Origin: Setoptus koraiensis
Lineage: Eukaryota > Animalia > Arthropoda
Reading direction: 5' to 3'
DNA: 64,000 bases
Assembly (NCBI GenBank): GCA_048013815.1
Contig: CM106585.1
Span: forward strand, 17,918,001-17,982,000
Of the stretch, positions 1-13,100 are shown piece by piece (within the stretch, counting starts at the first letter, position 1; each line of letters begins with the position of its first letter). The position numbers and the translations under genes are program-made. The notes beneath the pieces are model-generated. The model did not search any database, had not been told where the DNA came from, and saw only the letters and a list, made by a program, of their open reading frames with translations.

Positions 1-1
1 A

Positions 2-1136
2 TTACAAGACTTTGAATTTGATCAATTAAGTGAGCCACAGGTTGCATTTGAGTTCGATTTTTCCGATATCAGTACTTTGAAACTATTTGAAACAAAAGCA
101 CTTGATTTCAAGGTGGAAAAGGATGTTATTGAGCCAATGATGGCCTTCATGTGGTGGGATATTACCCTAATCACTGAGAAAAATGCTTATTCTAAGCAGG
201 ACATATTATTGAGTTGTGCTCCCACTTGGGCTCTTCCAGAAGGTCCCCTCAACAAAGGAATGCCTACAGAATTCCCGGTATGGAGAGACCATTGGATGCA
301 GGCTATCTACTACTTTTCTTCTACAGTCACTTTAAGGTCCACGATAATCCAAGCCAATGATAAAGTCACTATATATTGCAACCATGATGACTATTCCTTA
401 TGGTTTGACCTGAACCCTCATCTCAGCTCTGTAAAACAACCAATATCCTGTTCTTGCGGTCTTCATCTCAGACTCAGTAGAGATAGATTATCTATGTTGA
501 ATGATAATCAACGATTGAGTCTATTTTCCGATGCACTAGAAGAATGCATGTTGAGATTCATAGTCGAAGATAGGCAAGAAATAAGAGTATTGTTCATTGG
601 CCATATTAGTTATCTTCCCATAATCATAGCCAAATATCCTCAAGTGAGTCAAGTTTTTTTCTATGATAATAGTAGTGACGCTAACTATACAGAAAATTTA
701 TACAGAACATTAACGAGTGAGAACAACTGTAATGCCGATATAAAACGTATCGCTTTTGATTATGATGAAGATTCAAGTCATTTATCAGAGTCAATAGATT
801 TGATAGTAACCGAGCCATATTTCCAAGTTGTTGGTCTACCTTGGAATTTACTACATTATTGGAAGATTTTGGATGATTCTGGAATAGCTACTGAAGGTAA
901 ACTACTCGTAACCAACGCCTCCATAAAATGTATACTTATGGACTTTGATTATTTAGGCAGGATTAGAGCAGACGTCGGGAGTTGCCAAGGCTTCGATTTA
1001 AAAGATTTCGATACTATGATGAATAGCTCTAGGGAATACTCAGATCAATCTATTGAACCTCAACCACTATGGGAATACTCTGGTAGATCACTACAACCTG
1101 AAGCTACAACGTTATTTGAGTTTGATTTCAACAAGG
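2..1136 (+). CDS. PRMT7: Protein arginine N-methyltransferase 7 (partial; end of first and most of second methyltransferase module)
   Basis: Frame is open from base 2 (LQDFEFDQLSEPQVAFEFDFS...). PRMT7-type motifs appear in order: MWWDI, CAPTWA, WRDHWMQAIYY, HDDYSLWF, CxCxLH...RxRxxxLND, EPYF...LPWxLLHYW, IRxxVGxCQGFDLKDFD, EPQPLWEY. Similarity ends at ...FEFDFNK (~1136), where the C-depleted block starts. Confidence 0.87.
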
Positions 1137-4100
1137 TGTGGTATATATATATTAATAATTTTGTAATATATATTTGTGGTGGTGGGGGGGGGGGGGGGGG
1201 GGGGGGGGTGTGTGTTTTTGTGGGGGTGGTGTGGTTTGGGTGTTTTTGTTTTTTTGTTGGGGTGGTGTGTGGGGGGTTGAGAGGGATTATGGATTGGTGG
1301 TATTGTTTTTAGTATTGTGTTTTGGAATATTATTTTTTGGGTGGTTGTTTTTTATTGTGGGTAGTATTGGAAGGTATGAATTTTAGGTGTTGTTATAAGA
1401 TAATTGGATTGAAGTTTGGGGAAATAATAATTATTTAGTTTGATGTGATACATAGAAGCGAAGGGATGTGTTAGGGTTGATGAGGGTGGAGTTTAGAGAA
1501 TATTGCCTGGTTAATTTATTAGTAGGTATAATAGAAAATTACGTATAATTGGAAAAAGAAAATCAGGAAATTGATTTATCGAGATATAGTGAAGGGGGGG
1601 GGCGTTTACTGGAGGTTAAGAGGTGTGTTGACTTATTAGTGTTGGGTGGGGGTAAGGAAGGGTTGGTAGGAGTTGGGTTTAAAAATTGGAGAGTGGTAAT
1701 GGTATGGAGATTAAATTTAATAAAAGATATGCCGGATAAGTTAGGGAGATGCCGATATTCTTAGATGTGTCGTTGTCTGGGCGGAGTGAGAGTTGGGGAT
1801 TAAATTTATGGATCAAGGGTGAAGGCAGTGTGGAGGGGTGGAGAATACTATGGTTAAAGGAATAAAACTTGGTGATAGAGATGGAGATAGGTTTGGGGTG
1901 CGGGGGGGAGGATAAGTGGACGGTGGAAGGGATGAGTGTGGTGGATGTGTTGAGAATGTGGATTATGTTGGGTAATAGGGGGGTGAGGGGTGTGTGCATC
2001 AACGTTGTACTTTAGGATTACGGCTAGACTCTGAGCGAACAATGGTGAATAATGGTGGGACATTGCAAAGTTGGGAGATTGAGGTAGGATTGTGGATAGA
2101 AATATGGGGGATAATAGGGCAAGGGGATAGAGAGAATGACTATATGATGGTCTTTTCTAGGATCTGTGGAAATATTGGTGAAGGGGTGTTGAGAGACGAT
2201 ATTTCGCTAAGTGGCTAGGGTTGAGGGGAAGGGTTCTTAAGAGTTTTAGGTGTGGGGTGAGATAAGTTCTGATAAAGGGGGGAAGGTTAGAATGGTATGG
2301 TTTGATTGATTCTGTGAAAGAATGAAGGGGTGAGGGAATGGAGTGAGGGGGGGGTGGTGGGGTAGGTGAAGGAGGAAAAGAGGTGTGTAAAGTAGATATA
2401 GATTGGTGTGTGAGGCATGCTCAGTGGAAAGGAGTGGAGAAGGGTGGTATGGGTAGGATAGGGGGGGAAAAAAGGAGGGAAATTATGGGTAGTTGGTGGT
2501 GGTATGTGAGGAGGCATGTCGGGAGGGGTTAGTGTGGATGATGGTGGGAAGGGAGTAATTGGGGAAAGGTGATAATGGTAGGATCTGTAATGGAGGGGGG
2601 GGATTGTAGAGTGATGCTGTTGGGGGGAGGTGTGGATGTTTGTGAAATTGTATAGTTAAGGCTTAATGGGGGTTGGGGGGGTGTTGGTTAGTGAGGAAGA
2701 TTTAGGTATTGTAGGGGATTATGGTGTATGTGGGTTGGTGGATTGGGTAGGTGATGAGAGATTGAAGGGGAAGGGTATAGGGGAGAGGTGTAGGAAAGTG
2801 GGAGTGGGGGTTGATGGATGTTGATAGGATGCTGGGGATGTGAGGAAAGAGGAGAAATGATATGGAGGGAGTGAAAAAGTTTATAGGGGAGAAGTATGTA
2901 AGAGGTTAGGGAATGGTGGGGAGGGATTGGAGGAGATATTTTTTCGGGAGGTTGGAGAGGAGTGGGGTGTAGGTGGGTAAGTGTTGATGGGGGGATAAGA
3001 GATGGTGGGGAGGTATTTTATTGAAGGATATGGGTTGGAGAGAGAGGTTGATTTGGGAGGATATTTTGATAAATGAGATGAGTGGTATAGGAAATATGTG
3101 GGTTAAGGAGGGTGTGGATTGGAGTGATTGTGAGAGGGGAATTTTTGGGGTAGAGGTGGAGAATGTGTATAGGAAGTTGGAAGAGGGGATGAGGGGTAGA
3201 TATTTATTGATGGAGGGGTTGAGGGGGGATGAGTAGAATTAAATTGGGAAGTGTGGATAGGGTTGGGTTTGGAGGAATACTTGGTGGGGAATGATGGTGA
3301 GTGAGGGGTGTAGGGAAAGGGGGGAGGGTTGGGGGGGATATAATGTGATTATTGATGTGAAGTTGAAGGGGAGTAGAGGGAATAATTGGGTTGGAGTTAT
3401 AAGAGAGATTTGTTGATAGGTAATTGTTTGAGATAGGGGGTTTTGAAGGTAGAAAGAAGAGGATATTGATTTTGGATGAGGAGAGATTGAGGGTGGTATT
3501 ATTTTGGGGTGGGAATAATTAGTGGAATTGGGAATTGAAAGAATTGGGGGGAGTTTGGGATGGAGTATTGGGGGGATGGGTATGGTTTGTTTATTTTGGA
3601 AGGGGGAGAGGGGGTTGAGATGATATTGGGGTTGATGGGTTATATTGATGAAGATTTGGGGGATGTAAGGATGGGGGGATTGGGGGGGGTGGGGGGGGGG
3701 TAATATGTGGAAGGTTAGATTGGGGATATATATATGGTATTTTGGTGTTGATAGGGGTGTGGGAAGGGAGTTGGGGGGGTGTTTGATGTGGAGGATGGTG
3801 GTAATGTGGGTTGATGATATGGAGTTAGGGGGGTTTGGTGTTGGGAGTGTGTAGGAATATGGTTAGGGGGAGGGGGGTTAGTGTTTGTTTGGTATTAGAT
3901 TAGTAGAAAGGGGTATTTAGTATGGATGGTATAGGTTGATAAAGGGTGGAAAGAGGAGGAGAGTGTGATATTAGTATGAGGGAGGAGGGGAAGTGAGATA
4001 AAAGAGGTGGAGTATGAGGATGAGAGGGGGGATTTTGAAAATTGGGAGATAAGAGTGAGATATAGTTAGATTAAGGTGTAGGTGGAGAATTGTTGATTTT

Positions 4101-7100
4101 TGAATGTAGTGTTATAGGATGGATGGTGAGGGGGGGGTTGGGGGTTGATAGTGTTTTTTTTGTTAAGGGGAGTGTGATGGGTAGGGATTATGAGATGGGT
4201 ATTTTTGGGTGTTGAGTGAGGTATTTTTGGTTATTTTTTGAGGGTTGGTGTGTGGGGGGGGTTGGTGGATGGTGTGTTTAATAGGGGGGGGTTGATTGTT
4301 TGTTTTTGTGTGATGAGTTAGGAGTAGGGTATTTTAGTTTTTGATTGTATTGAGTGTGTTTTGAGGGGTGGAACGTTGGGTGGTAATTGGAGTAGGTTGA
4401 TAATTGTTAAGTGGGGGTTGTGGAAGTAGGTGGTAGGGTATTAAGAGGGTATGTGTGGGGGTGTGGAGGATGTAAATATAGTATTTAAGGGCAACTAGGG
4501 ATGGGGGGAGAGATGGATTGTTAGTTGACATAGTGAATAGAATAGAGAAGATGAATTGATTGTTTAAGAGGGGAGGAAATAGTGAGTAAGGAGGGGATGA
4601 GAAAGGGAGTGTTGTAAGGGGTTGGGATGAGAGGGAGATAATGTGGTAATGGGGAAGGATTGTAAATGTGAGTAGATGGATGTTTGTAGGTTGGGGGGAG
4701 GTGAGGATAATTGGAAAATGGGGGAGGTAGGAAAGGAAGTGGAGGGGATAGGAGAGTGTAGGGGGGGGGGTGTGTGGGAGTTGGATAGGGAGGGAATTTG
4801 ATTAAAAGATATGGAGTTTGGGTTGAGGGAAGATGGTGTTGTGGGGGAGTAGGGGGTAAGTTGGGAATGAGGAAGAGTGAAATGGATTGGAGTTTGGAGG
4901 AAATGATGGTATGGGGGGTATGTTGTAGGATGGAGGGGGTGTGGGTGTTGAGAGAGGTGGGATTATGGGAGAGGTTTTTAGTTTGTTGTGGGATGGGGGT
5001 GGGTAAGGGTAAGTGTGGGAGGGGAATGGGGGGATGAGTGGAAAATAAGTTGGGGGAAGTGAGAATGATTGAGGGAGTGGGAAGTAGGGAGGGATTGTGT
5101 GAATGGATAGGAGGGGTGGGTTTGTTAGTGAGTAAGATGTGATAAGTTATAGGAGAGTTTGATTGGGAGGAGGGGTAGGAATGGGGGGGAAATAGGGAGG
5201 TTGGGGAATTTGGGGGGTGTATAGGATATGTATTAGAAGGAATTGATGGAATGATGGATTTTGGAATAGGTTAGTGATAAGGGGGGAAAGAATTGAACGG
5301 GTTGGAGGAGGGATGGGATGAGGGGAATATGTTGAAAATGGAGGGGGAATGTGGGGAAGGTGGGGTTGGGTTAAGGGTGAGGAAGGTGGAATAATATTGG
5401 GAGGGGTTAGAGGGGAAGAGGTAAATTTAGAGATTTTGTAGGGTAATTGTGTGTGTTAGGATTGTGGGAATGGTGTATGAGGGGGGAAGAATGGGGTGGG
5501 GTTTGAGTTGGGAAGAGGAAATAATGAGTGGGGGAATGTGAGGGTAAGAAGGATTATGAATAAAAAAAAAAAAAACAATAAAAAAAAACAAAAAAAATAA
5601 AAAAAAATAAAATTAAAAAAAAAAAAAATTATATAAAAAAATAAAAAAAAAAAAAATTTGTATGTTAGAAGTGGTGTGGAGTAGGGGGGAGAGATGGGAG
5701 GTAGAAGGGTGAATTGGGTGTGGGATTATAGGTATTGTAGTGTTGTAGGGTGTTGGGGGGGGGTAGTGATGGTGTTGGGGTAGAGTGTGTGTGGTGTTGA
5801 AGGGGGGTGGGGGATATATAGGTGGAGTTGTATTGGGATTGTATGAAGATGGGTGAAGTGTGGGGGATGAGAGGGGGAGGGATAAGTTATGGGAGAATTT
5901 GCAGAGGTTTTTGGATGATAATTAGGGGGGGGAGAGAGTGGGGGGTGGAAGGTATTTTACATTATTGGTAATGAAGTAGGGAGAGTGTGGTGAAAGAGAA
6001 GAGGAGGGATTAGTTAAATAAGTAGAGGATAATGAATTTGGGTGGGAGGGATTGGATAATTGAGAAATGGGAATGGATTATTGATTGGGGGGATAGTGAA
6101 TAGTTGGGGGGGGGAATAATGTATATTAGTGAGATGGGGAGGGGGGAGATGGTTGATGGTGTGGGGTGGGGGGGGGGGGAGGGGGGGGGGATGGGATGAG
6201 TGTGTTTGTTGGTTTTTGTGGTTAGTTTATAATATTTTTGATAATGTATGGTTATAGAATTTTTTAGAGTGATTGTTAAGAAGGTGGGGTTATGGATTAG
6301 AATGGTTGTTGTTTAAGGATAGGTTGATAGAGAGAGTGATAGGGATATTTGTTTGTGAGTGGTTGATGGGAGGGTGGGGTTGGGTGGGGAGTAGGTGAAT
6401 ATGTGTGAGTTTATAGGGGATGTGGTTATAGGGAATTTTGGATGGGTGATTGGTGTGAAGAGTTTAAGGAAATAGTATAGTTATGGGGTTTATTAGGGGG
6501 GGGGATTGTGGGTGTTGTTTGTTGTGGGTATTTTTGTTTTGTTATAAAGTGGAAATGGGAGAAAAAAGTGTTAGTTAAAAGTAGGGGAGGTTAGGAATGT
6601 GAGTATTGGAGGGGGATTAGTGTGGAAGTATAGATTTTGGTATTGGATATGTGGTTGATGTAGAGAAATTATTATTATTTGTTTTTTTTGTTTGTGGGTG
6701 TATTGTTATAGGGAGGGAGGGTTAATGTAGTTGGTTTTATAAATGAGAATGATTGAGGATTGGTGATTAGATGAAAGGGGTGTAGGGTGGTGTAATAAGT
6801 TAGAAGGGGGAAGTTAGGGGTAGGGGAGTTTGATAGGATGAGAGTGAAATAAAGGATAATTAAGGGGGTTATTTAGGGAGGGAGGGAGGAAAGGATGAGT
6901 AGAATGATTTGGTGAATTTGAGAAAGGGAATGGGGAAAGTTGTGGTTTTGGGTTGAGATGAAGGGGAGATGTTTGTTTTATGATTGTATTTATTAGTTTT
7001 TGGTAGGAATTGATGATTGTTTTAGGAAGAGGTAATGGTTTAGGAGTGGGATGGATTATTGGGTGGAATGAGTGTTTATTGATTGCAAGGGTTGGATATG

Positions 7101-10100
7101 AGGATGAGGTTGGGATGTAGGTTGGGGAGTGGTATGGTGAGGGAAGAGGGGGGGGGGGGGGGTTGTTGGGGTTGGTGGAATAGTTGGATAGTATTATTAT
7201 TATGATTATATTATAGTTATATGTGATGGATGATGTTGGTAGTTATTAGGATTATTTGTACTGAATGGGGGGGGTTGTAATGGTTGATGAATGGGTATGG
7301 GGAAATAGAGAGGGAAGTAATGGAGTGGAGAGGGGTTGGGAAATAAGTTTGATTGGGGGGGAATGGGGATATAGGGGGAGAGGTATTTAAGAGAGGTGAT
7401 ATAAAATATGGAATTGGGGGGGTGAGATTGTTTTATGTTGTAATTATTTATGGGGAGTAGATGGGTAAAAGAGTGGGGTATATAAGAAGGAGAGGGGATA
7501 AATATGTGAGTAATTTGTAATAGATTGAGATGGAATGGTGGGAATTTAATAGGGATTTTTGATGTTGGATATTATTATTATAAAATAGTTGTGAATTGTG
7601 GTTGAAGATGGGAATTTGTGAATGATTGTGAAATTTGTTAAGGGTTTAAGGGGGAATAGGGGATATTGTTGATATTGAAGTTGTTAGAGTTTTGTTGAGG
7701 AATTTGATTTGAATTGAGAAAGGGTAGGAGAGGGGAAAGGGGAAAAAGAGAGAAATTTTTGTAATAGGGAAGGTGAAAATTGGGTTGGGTTTAGTATGTA
7801 AATTTTGGAAAGAAATGATGGTTAGTAGTGATGGGATTGTGGGGGTAATGGGGGGGAGAGTATTATATGTTGTAATTTATTGAGAGTATTGAATAGGATA
7901 TGTTTGGATTAATGTAGAGAATTAGGATTTATTTGGGGAGGAGATTAGTTAATTAAAAAGAATGTGAAGAGTATTGGGTGGTGGATTATTGGGTGATGAT
8001 AAGGAAATGGGTTTGAATGGGATAGGTGTTAGAGAGGGGAAGAGGAAAGTGTTTTTTGTTTTGATTTGATGTAAAATATGGTTGTATAGAATTGGGGGGA
8101 GATTAGTAAGAGGGGATGGAAAAGAGTGAAGAGTGAGTAGGAGAGTAATAGTATTAATGAAATAGAGTAGTGAGATATTAAATTGTTGTAAGAAGATAAA
8201 TGGGGGGGAGTGGGATATTTTTGAGGGGGAGATGAGTGATTGATTTATAGGTAATTTGTAAGTAGATGATTAAGTTTTAGTTAGTTAGATGAGAGGTATG
8301 AGGGGAAGGATGTGGATTATGAATATAAAATTGGATGAGTAAGATTATAATTTATGTTAGGAGGAAAGGAATAATTGGATGTGAGAAAGAAGGAAGATTG
8401 AATATTTTTTAATGATAGATAAGATGTGTGGATTCGAAGAGATTTAAGATGTTTTAGTGTGTGGTTAAGTAGAGATAGTGAGATTTATAAGTAGTATGGA
8501 TGTAAGTGGAGGGGAGTTTGGAAGTGAAGATGTTATTTTTAATGAGAGATTTAGTATTAAATAGGAGGTAGATTGTGATTAATGGGGTAGGGGGGATATA
8601 GAATAATTTTTGATAGTGGGTAGTGATGAATAAAGATAGGGGATGTAAAAATGATGATGGGGTTATTGTGAGGAATATTTGGATAATGTTTAGGAGAAAT
8701 TATGATTAGACTTGGAAATAGAATTGGATAGAATTTTGGGATGGTTAGGGAATTGGTGGAGTGGGTCGGGATACGATGGCAGAGGGTTGACGAGTAGAAC
8801 AAATGGTTGTGGCGGTAAGTTGGTTGGGGGGCAGAAGGGATTGAAATAGTTAGGAATGTTGGAGTTGTTATAAGATTAGTCTGATTAAAGAATAATTAGG
8901 TATAGTGGGATGGAATAAAGATTGGAAGTAGTTTTAGGAAGAATGTTATGTTGTGTGATTTTATGGAAATTGGTAGGGTGGGGGGATTGAGAATGGTATG
9001 GTGATTGGGGGTGGGATGAGAAAAATGGGTTAGTAAGTTGAGGAAAGATGGTTATATTGATTATTGAATGTTGAAATGAGGGGGTGGATATGGAGGGGAA
9101 TTGTGAGAGTATGGGAGAAATTAGGTTGGGGGGATTAGTTTTTTTGTGATGAAGTTATGAGGGGAATGGATGGGGGGGAGAGGATGTTATTTGAGTGAAA
9201 GATTGAGATTGGGAGGATGGATAGTGGTTTGTGGAGGGAGTGAGGGTAATTGATGAGTGATTGAAGGTTGGTGTGTTTTATGAGGAATTTTGGGTTTTGG
9301 GGAGAAGATATTGATAATGATTTGAAGTGGGAATGTAATTTAGGTTGATTTTTGGTGGGGTGAATTGATAAATTATATATGGGAATGAAGGTTTGTTTAG
9401 AGGATTGTGGTTTAGAGGAGTTGGTGAGGGTGAGGGGTTATATGGTAGGTTGGGTGGGGGATGAGGAATATTTGTATATATAAGAGTGGGGGGTAATAGT
9501 GAATGGGGTATTATGGTGTTTATTATAGGGGTTATTGGTAGTGGTTTGTTAAAGTAATATAGGGATTGATGTGAGAAGTATTGGTGAGAAGATGTGATAT
9601 TGATTGAAGATGATGTGGAGAAGTTGGGGGAATATTGGAGGATGAGTAATTTGGGGAAATTTTATTTATTGGATTTTATAAGGTATTAATAATTGGTTGT
9701 GAAGGGGGATATGGGGGGTGGGATATTATGGATGGTGGGGTTGGAGATTTTTGTTTAGAATTGGGGGTGGGATTTGGATTTATTGAATTGGGGGTTATAG
9801 GATTAATTTTTAAGATGGAAATGATTGAGGTTTGGAGAGTATGGTGGAGTTTGTTTAATGTGAAGGGTAATTATGGATATTGTGTAGGTGGGGGATTTTA
9901 AGTTATTGGGAATATGGTTGAGTGGAGATAGTATTGAATGTTTGGGTGTTGGTTTGGGAGGAGGTTGTTGAATATAGGTGGTATGTGTGGGGTGGGAGGT
10001 TTATGGTATTTAATTATAATGTGTTATGTAGAGATAAATGTAGAAGGAATTGAAGGGAGGATGGGTTGGTTTTGGTTGAAAAGTAAGTATTGATTAATTG

Positions 10101-13100
10101 GTAATTGTTGATTTTGGAAATTATTGAGTTGGGGAAAGAGTGATATTATATAGAAAGAATGTGTTTATTTTTGTATAGGGAGGGTAATTTGTGTAGGAGT
10201 TAGGGTTGAAAGTATGATTGGATAAGTTGGGGATTGATGAGTGTAATTGGTGTTTGGGGATATTGTGAGATGAGAGGAGTATATTATTGGGGAATGACGG
10301 AGGGAGTGGGATGAAATTTTAGTTGGGTTTAGGGTGTGAGGAAGATAAGTAGTGTAATTAGGTATAGTTGGGTTGATTGGGGGGGGGGAGTTGAGGATTA
10401 GTAATTGTAGAAGGATTTAAGGGTGATAGGAGTGTGGGAGAAGATTTGTGGGTTGAGGAGAATCTCATAGCGTTATCTAATTGAGAAATGGAGTATAAGA
10501 AAGTGATTTTTGAGTGGACCTAGGATGTGGTTGGTGAGTTAATTAGAATGAAGGAAGGAGAATTTAAGTATTGGGTAAGGATAATGTTGGGTGGTGAAGT
10601 GATGTATAGATAGATGGTAATTGATAAGGGATTTAGTTGGGGAAGGATGGGTGGGAGTAGAGGATTATGATTATTTTGAGTATTATAAGGGTGGATGATT
10701 GGAAAAGGGGTGTGTGATGATTTGGTATTAAATTTGGATGTTAGCTTAGTGGTAGAAAATTTTTTGTTGGTTTAGGGAATGGATAGGGGTTATGGGTTAA
10801 GGGAAGTGTGTTATTGGATTTAAGGTGTAGAGTATGAATGATATGATGTTGAGTAGTGGGAGTATATGTATGTTAGGGTGGGATTGATGAAATGGGGTTG
10901 TTATATGATTGGTGTTCATGGGTTTTGGGGTGGTTTGTTGAAGTTGGAGGTATGGGATTATATTAGTGGAGGTTGTTTGGGAATGTTTGAAGTGGGATAG
11001 TTATTAAGGATGAGGTGCGGGGGGGGTTATTGGAAATGGAGGGAAATTTAATTTATGGTTAGATAGAAATTGGTAGATGGTGGTGATAGGATTTGAATGA
11101 TTGGTGAATTTGGATGGAGAGAGGAGTTGTGAAAGGGAATTTGGGAGAAGATGATGGGAGGGGATGGTGTTGTGGGGAATCTGAGAGATTGTTTGTGGGG
11201 AATTAATGGGGTGGAAATGAGTTTTAAGTGGATATAGATTGGAGGTGGAGGGAAATATGGGGTAATTGTGAGTTGTGGGGATGTGGGATGGGTAAGGTGG
11301 TAATTGAATTTGTTATTTATTGGAATGGAGGGGAGAGTTGTGTATATTGAATGATGTTTATAGAGTATGATTTGTAGTGTGGGGGATAATAAATTTGTAT
11401 TGGAAGTAGGGTTGTTAATAGATTTTGGAGAGATTGTATGGGAAGTGGAGAGATATTAGGAATATTAATATTTTATTGTGTTTGGGGAGAGTGATAATGG
11501 TGTTAAGATTGGGGTGTTTTATTATGGTGGAGAGAATGGATTAAATGGAGGGGATGTTTGTTGGGGGGTGGGGTGATGTATTTGGTTTATTAGTGGTAGG
11601 GGGGTTGATTGTTGATAATAGTATTGTTTTAGGGGTTATTATTGATTGGTGTGATGATATTAGTTTGATGATTTAAGTATAATTTATATTATAGGATATG
11701 GTGAAGAGGTATGGATGAGATAATGGGTGGGTGTTGAGTTAGGTTGGTTGTGGGGGATTAGTGTGAGGGGGGGGTTAATTAGTGGGTAATTGTTTTTATT
11801 TAAAAGAGGGAAATGAAGAGTAAGGAGTGGGAGGGAAAGGAGTGTGGGAGGGGGGGGGGAAGGGTTTTGGAGTATGGAAGGGGATTGAAGAGAGGAGAGG
11901 TTTTGGATGTGGATATTTGGTATGGATGAATTGTGGGGGGGATAGTTTGAATGATTGGAGGGGGGGGATGAGTTAGGGGGATAGTGGGGTGTGGGAATAA
12001 TGGTGGGATGAGTGTTTGGGGGGATTTTGGGGGTTTGATTTAATATTTGTTAGGGGTGGAGGATGGGTGTGAGTAATTGTGGAAATGTGGGGTGGATTGT
12101 TGGTGAGTGGTGGAAATGTTGGAGTGGATGATTTGTGAGTTGATGGGGTTTTGAGTTAAGGATTAGAAATAGGAAGAGAGTTGAAGAAAGTTTGTTGATT
12201 TGGAAGTTGTGTATGGGGTGGGTAGGGGGGGTAGTGGTGGGTAAGATGTAGTGAATGTTGATGTAATTTTGAGAATTGTTGGTGTTTGGAATGTTAATTA
12301 TTTATGTTGTGGAGAGGTAGTATTTGAGTGGTAGAGGGTTTTGTTTGTAGGGTTGAAGATATGTTGATTTTAGGTAGGGGAGTGAGGGATGTTAAGGGGA
12401 GATAAGGTTGGGGAAGGGTGTTTGGGGAGGTGTGTGAGGATAGTAGTGGTGAAGTGTTTTTTTTGGTAGATAGGGTGGTGTGGAGTGTTGTGGTTTGTTA
12501 GTTGTGGAATTGTATTGTAGAGGTGGGAGGAAGTGAGGAGTAAGTGTTTGAGATTATGGAAGGAGAGTGGGATAAGAGGTTTTATGTGTATATTGAGGGG
12601 TGGAGATGATATGTGTTTGAGTGAGAGTCGGTGAGGTTGGTTTAAGATTGTTATGTGTGGGGGGGTATTGATGTGGTGGGATGGGATTTAATGTTGGTTG
12701 TGATATGGGATTGTTAAGTTGACTGTTGCAGGGGCGTGGTTGGATAGGACCGTAGTGACTGGAGATGATATGTAGTAGATAGCAGCAGCCAAGGGCTAGC
12801 CATAACGGATTGCTGGAATGATTGAATTGGGGTGTGAGGGATTACGAGGGAGTCAAATAGGTGAACTAATCTATTTGATGTCCGGCTTAGATGTTAAGTG
12901 GAGCTGGTGTGAGGAATTGACAAAACTATTGATGAAATTAAGTGCGATTAAAATTAAATGTTAAAACGTGATAGATTGGGCGGGTGGGTGGATTTGAGGG
13001 GATATGGTAGGTGTGCGTTTTTGAGTTAGATATGGACAAAAGGTGGTCATATGTATTGGAGAATTTGATTGGAGGGTGATGTTGGAGAGTTGGGGGTAGG

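Noticed and set aside
1137-1312. C-terminal Gly/Val/Phe-rich extension of the 77..1312 ORF
   Set aside because: It is translated from the C-free block and has no PRMT7 similarity.
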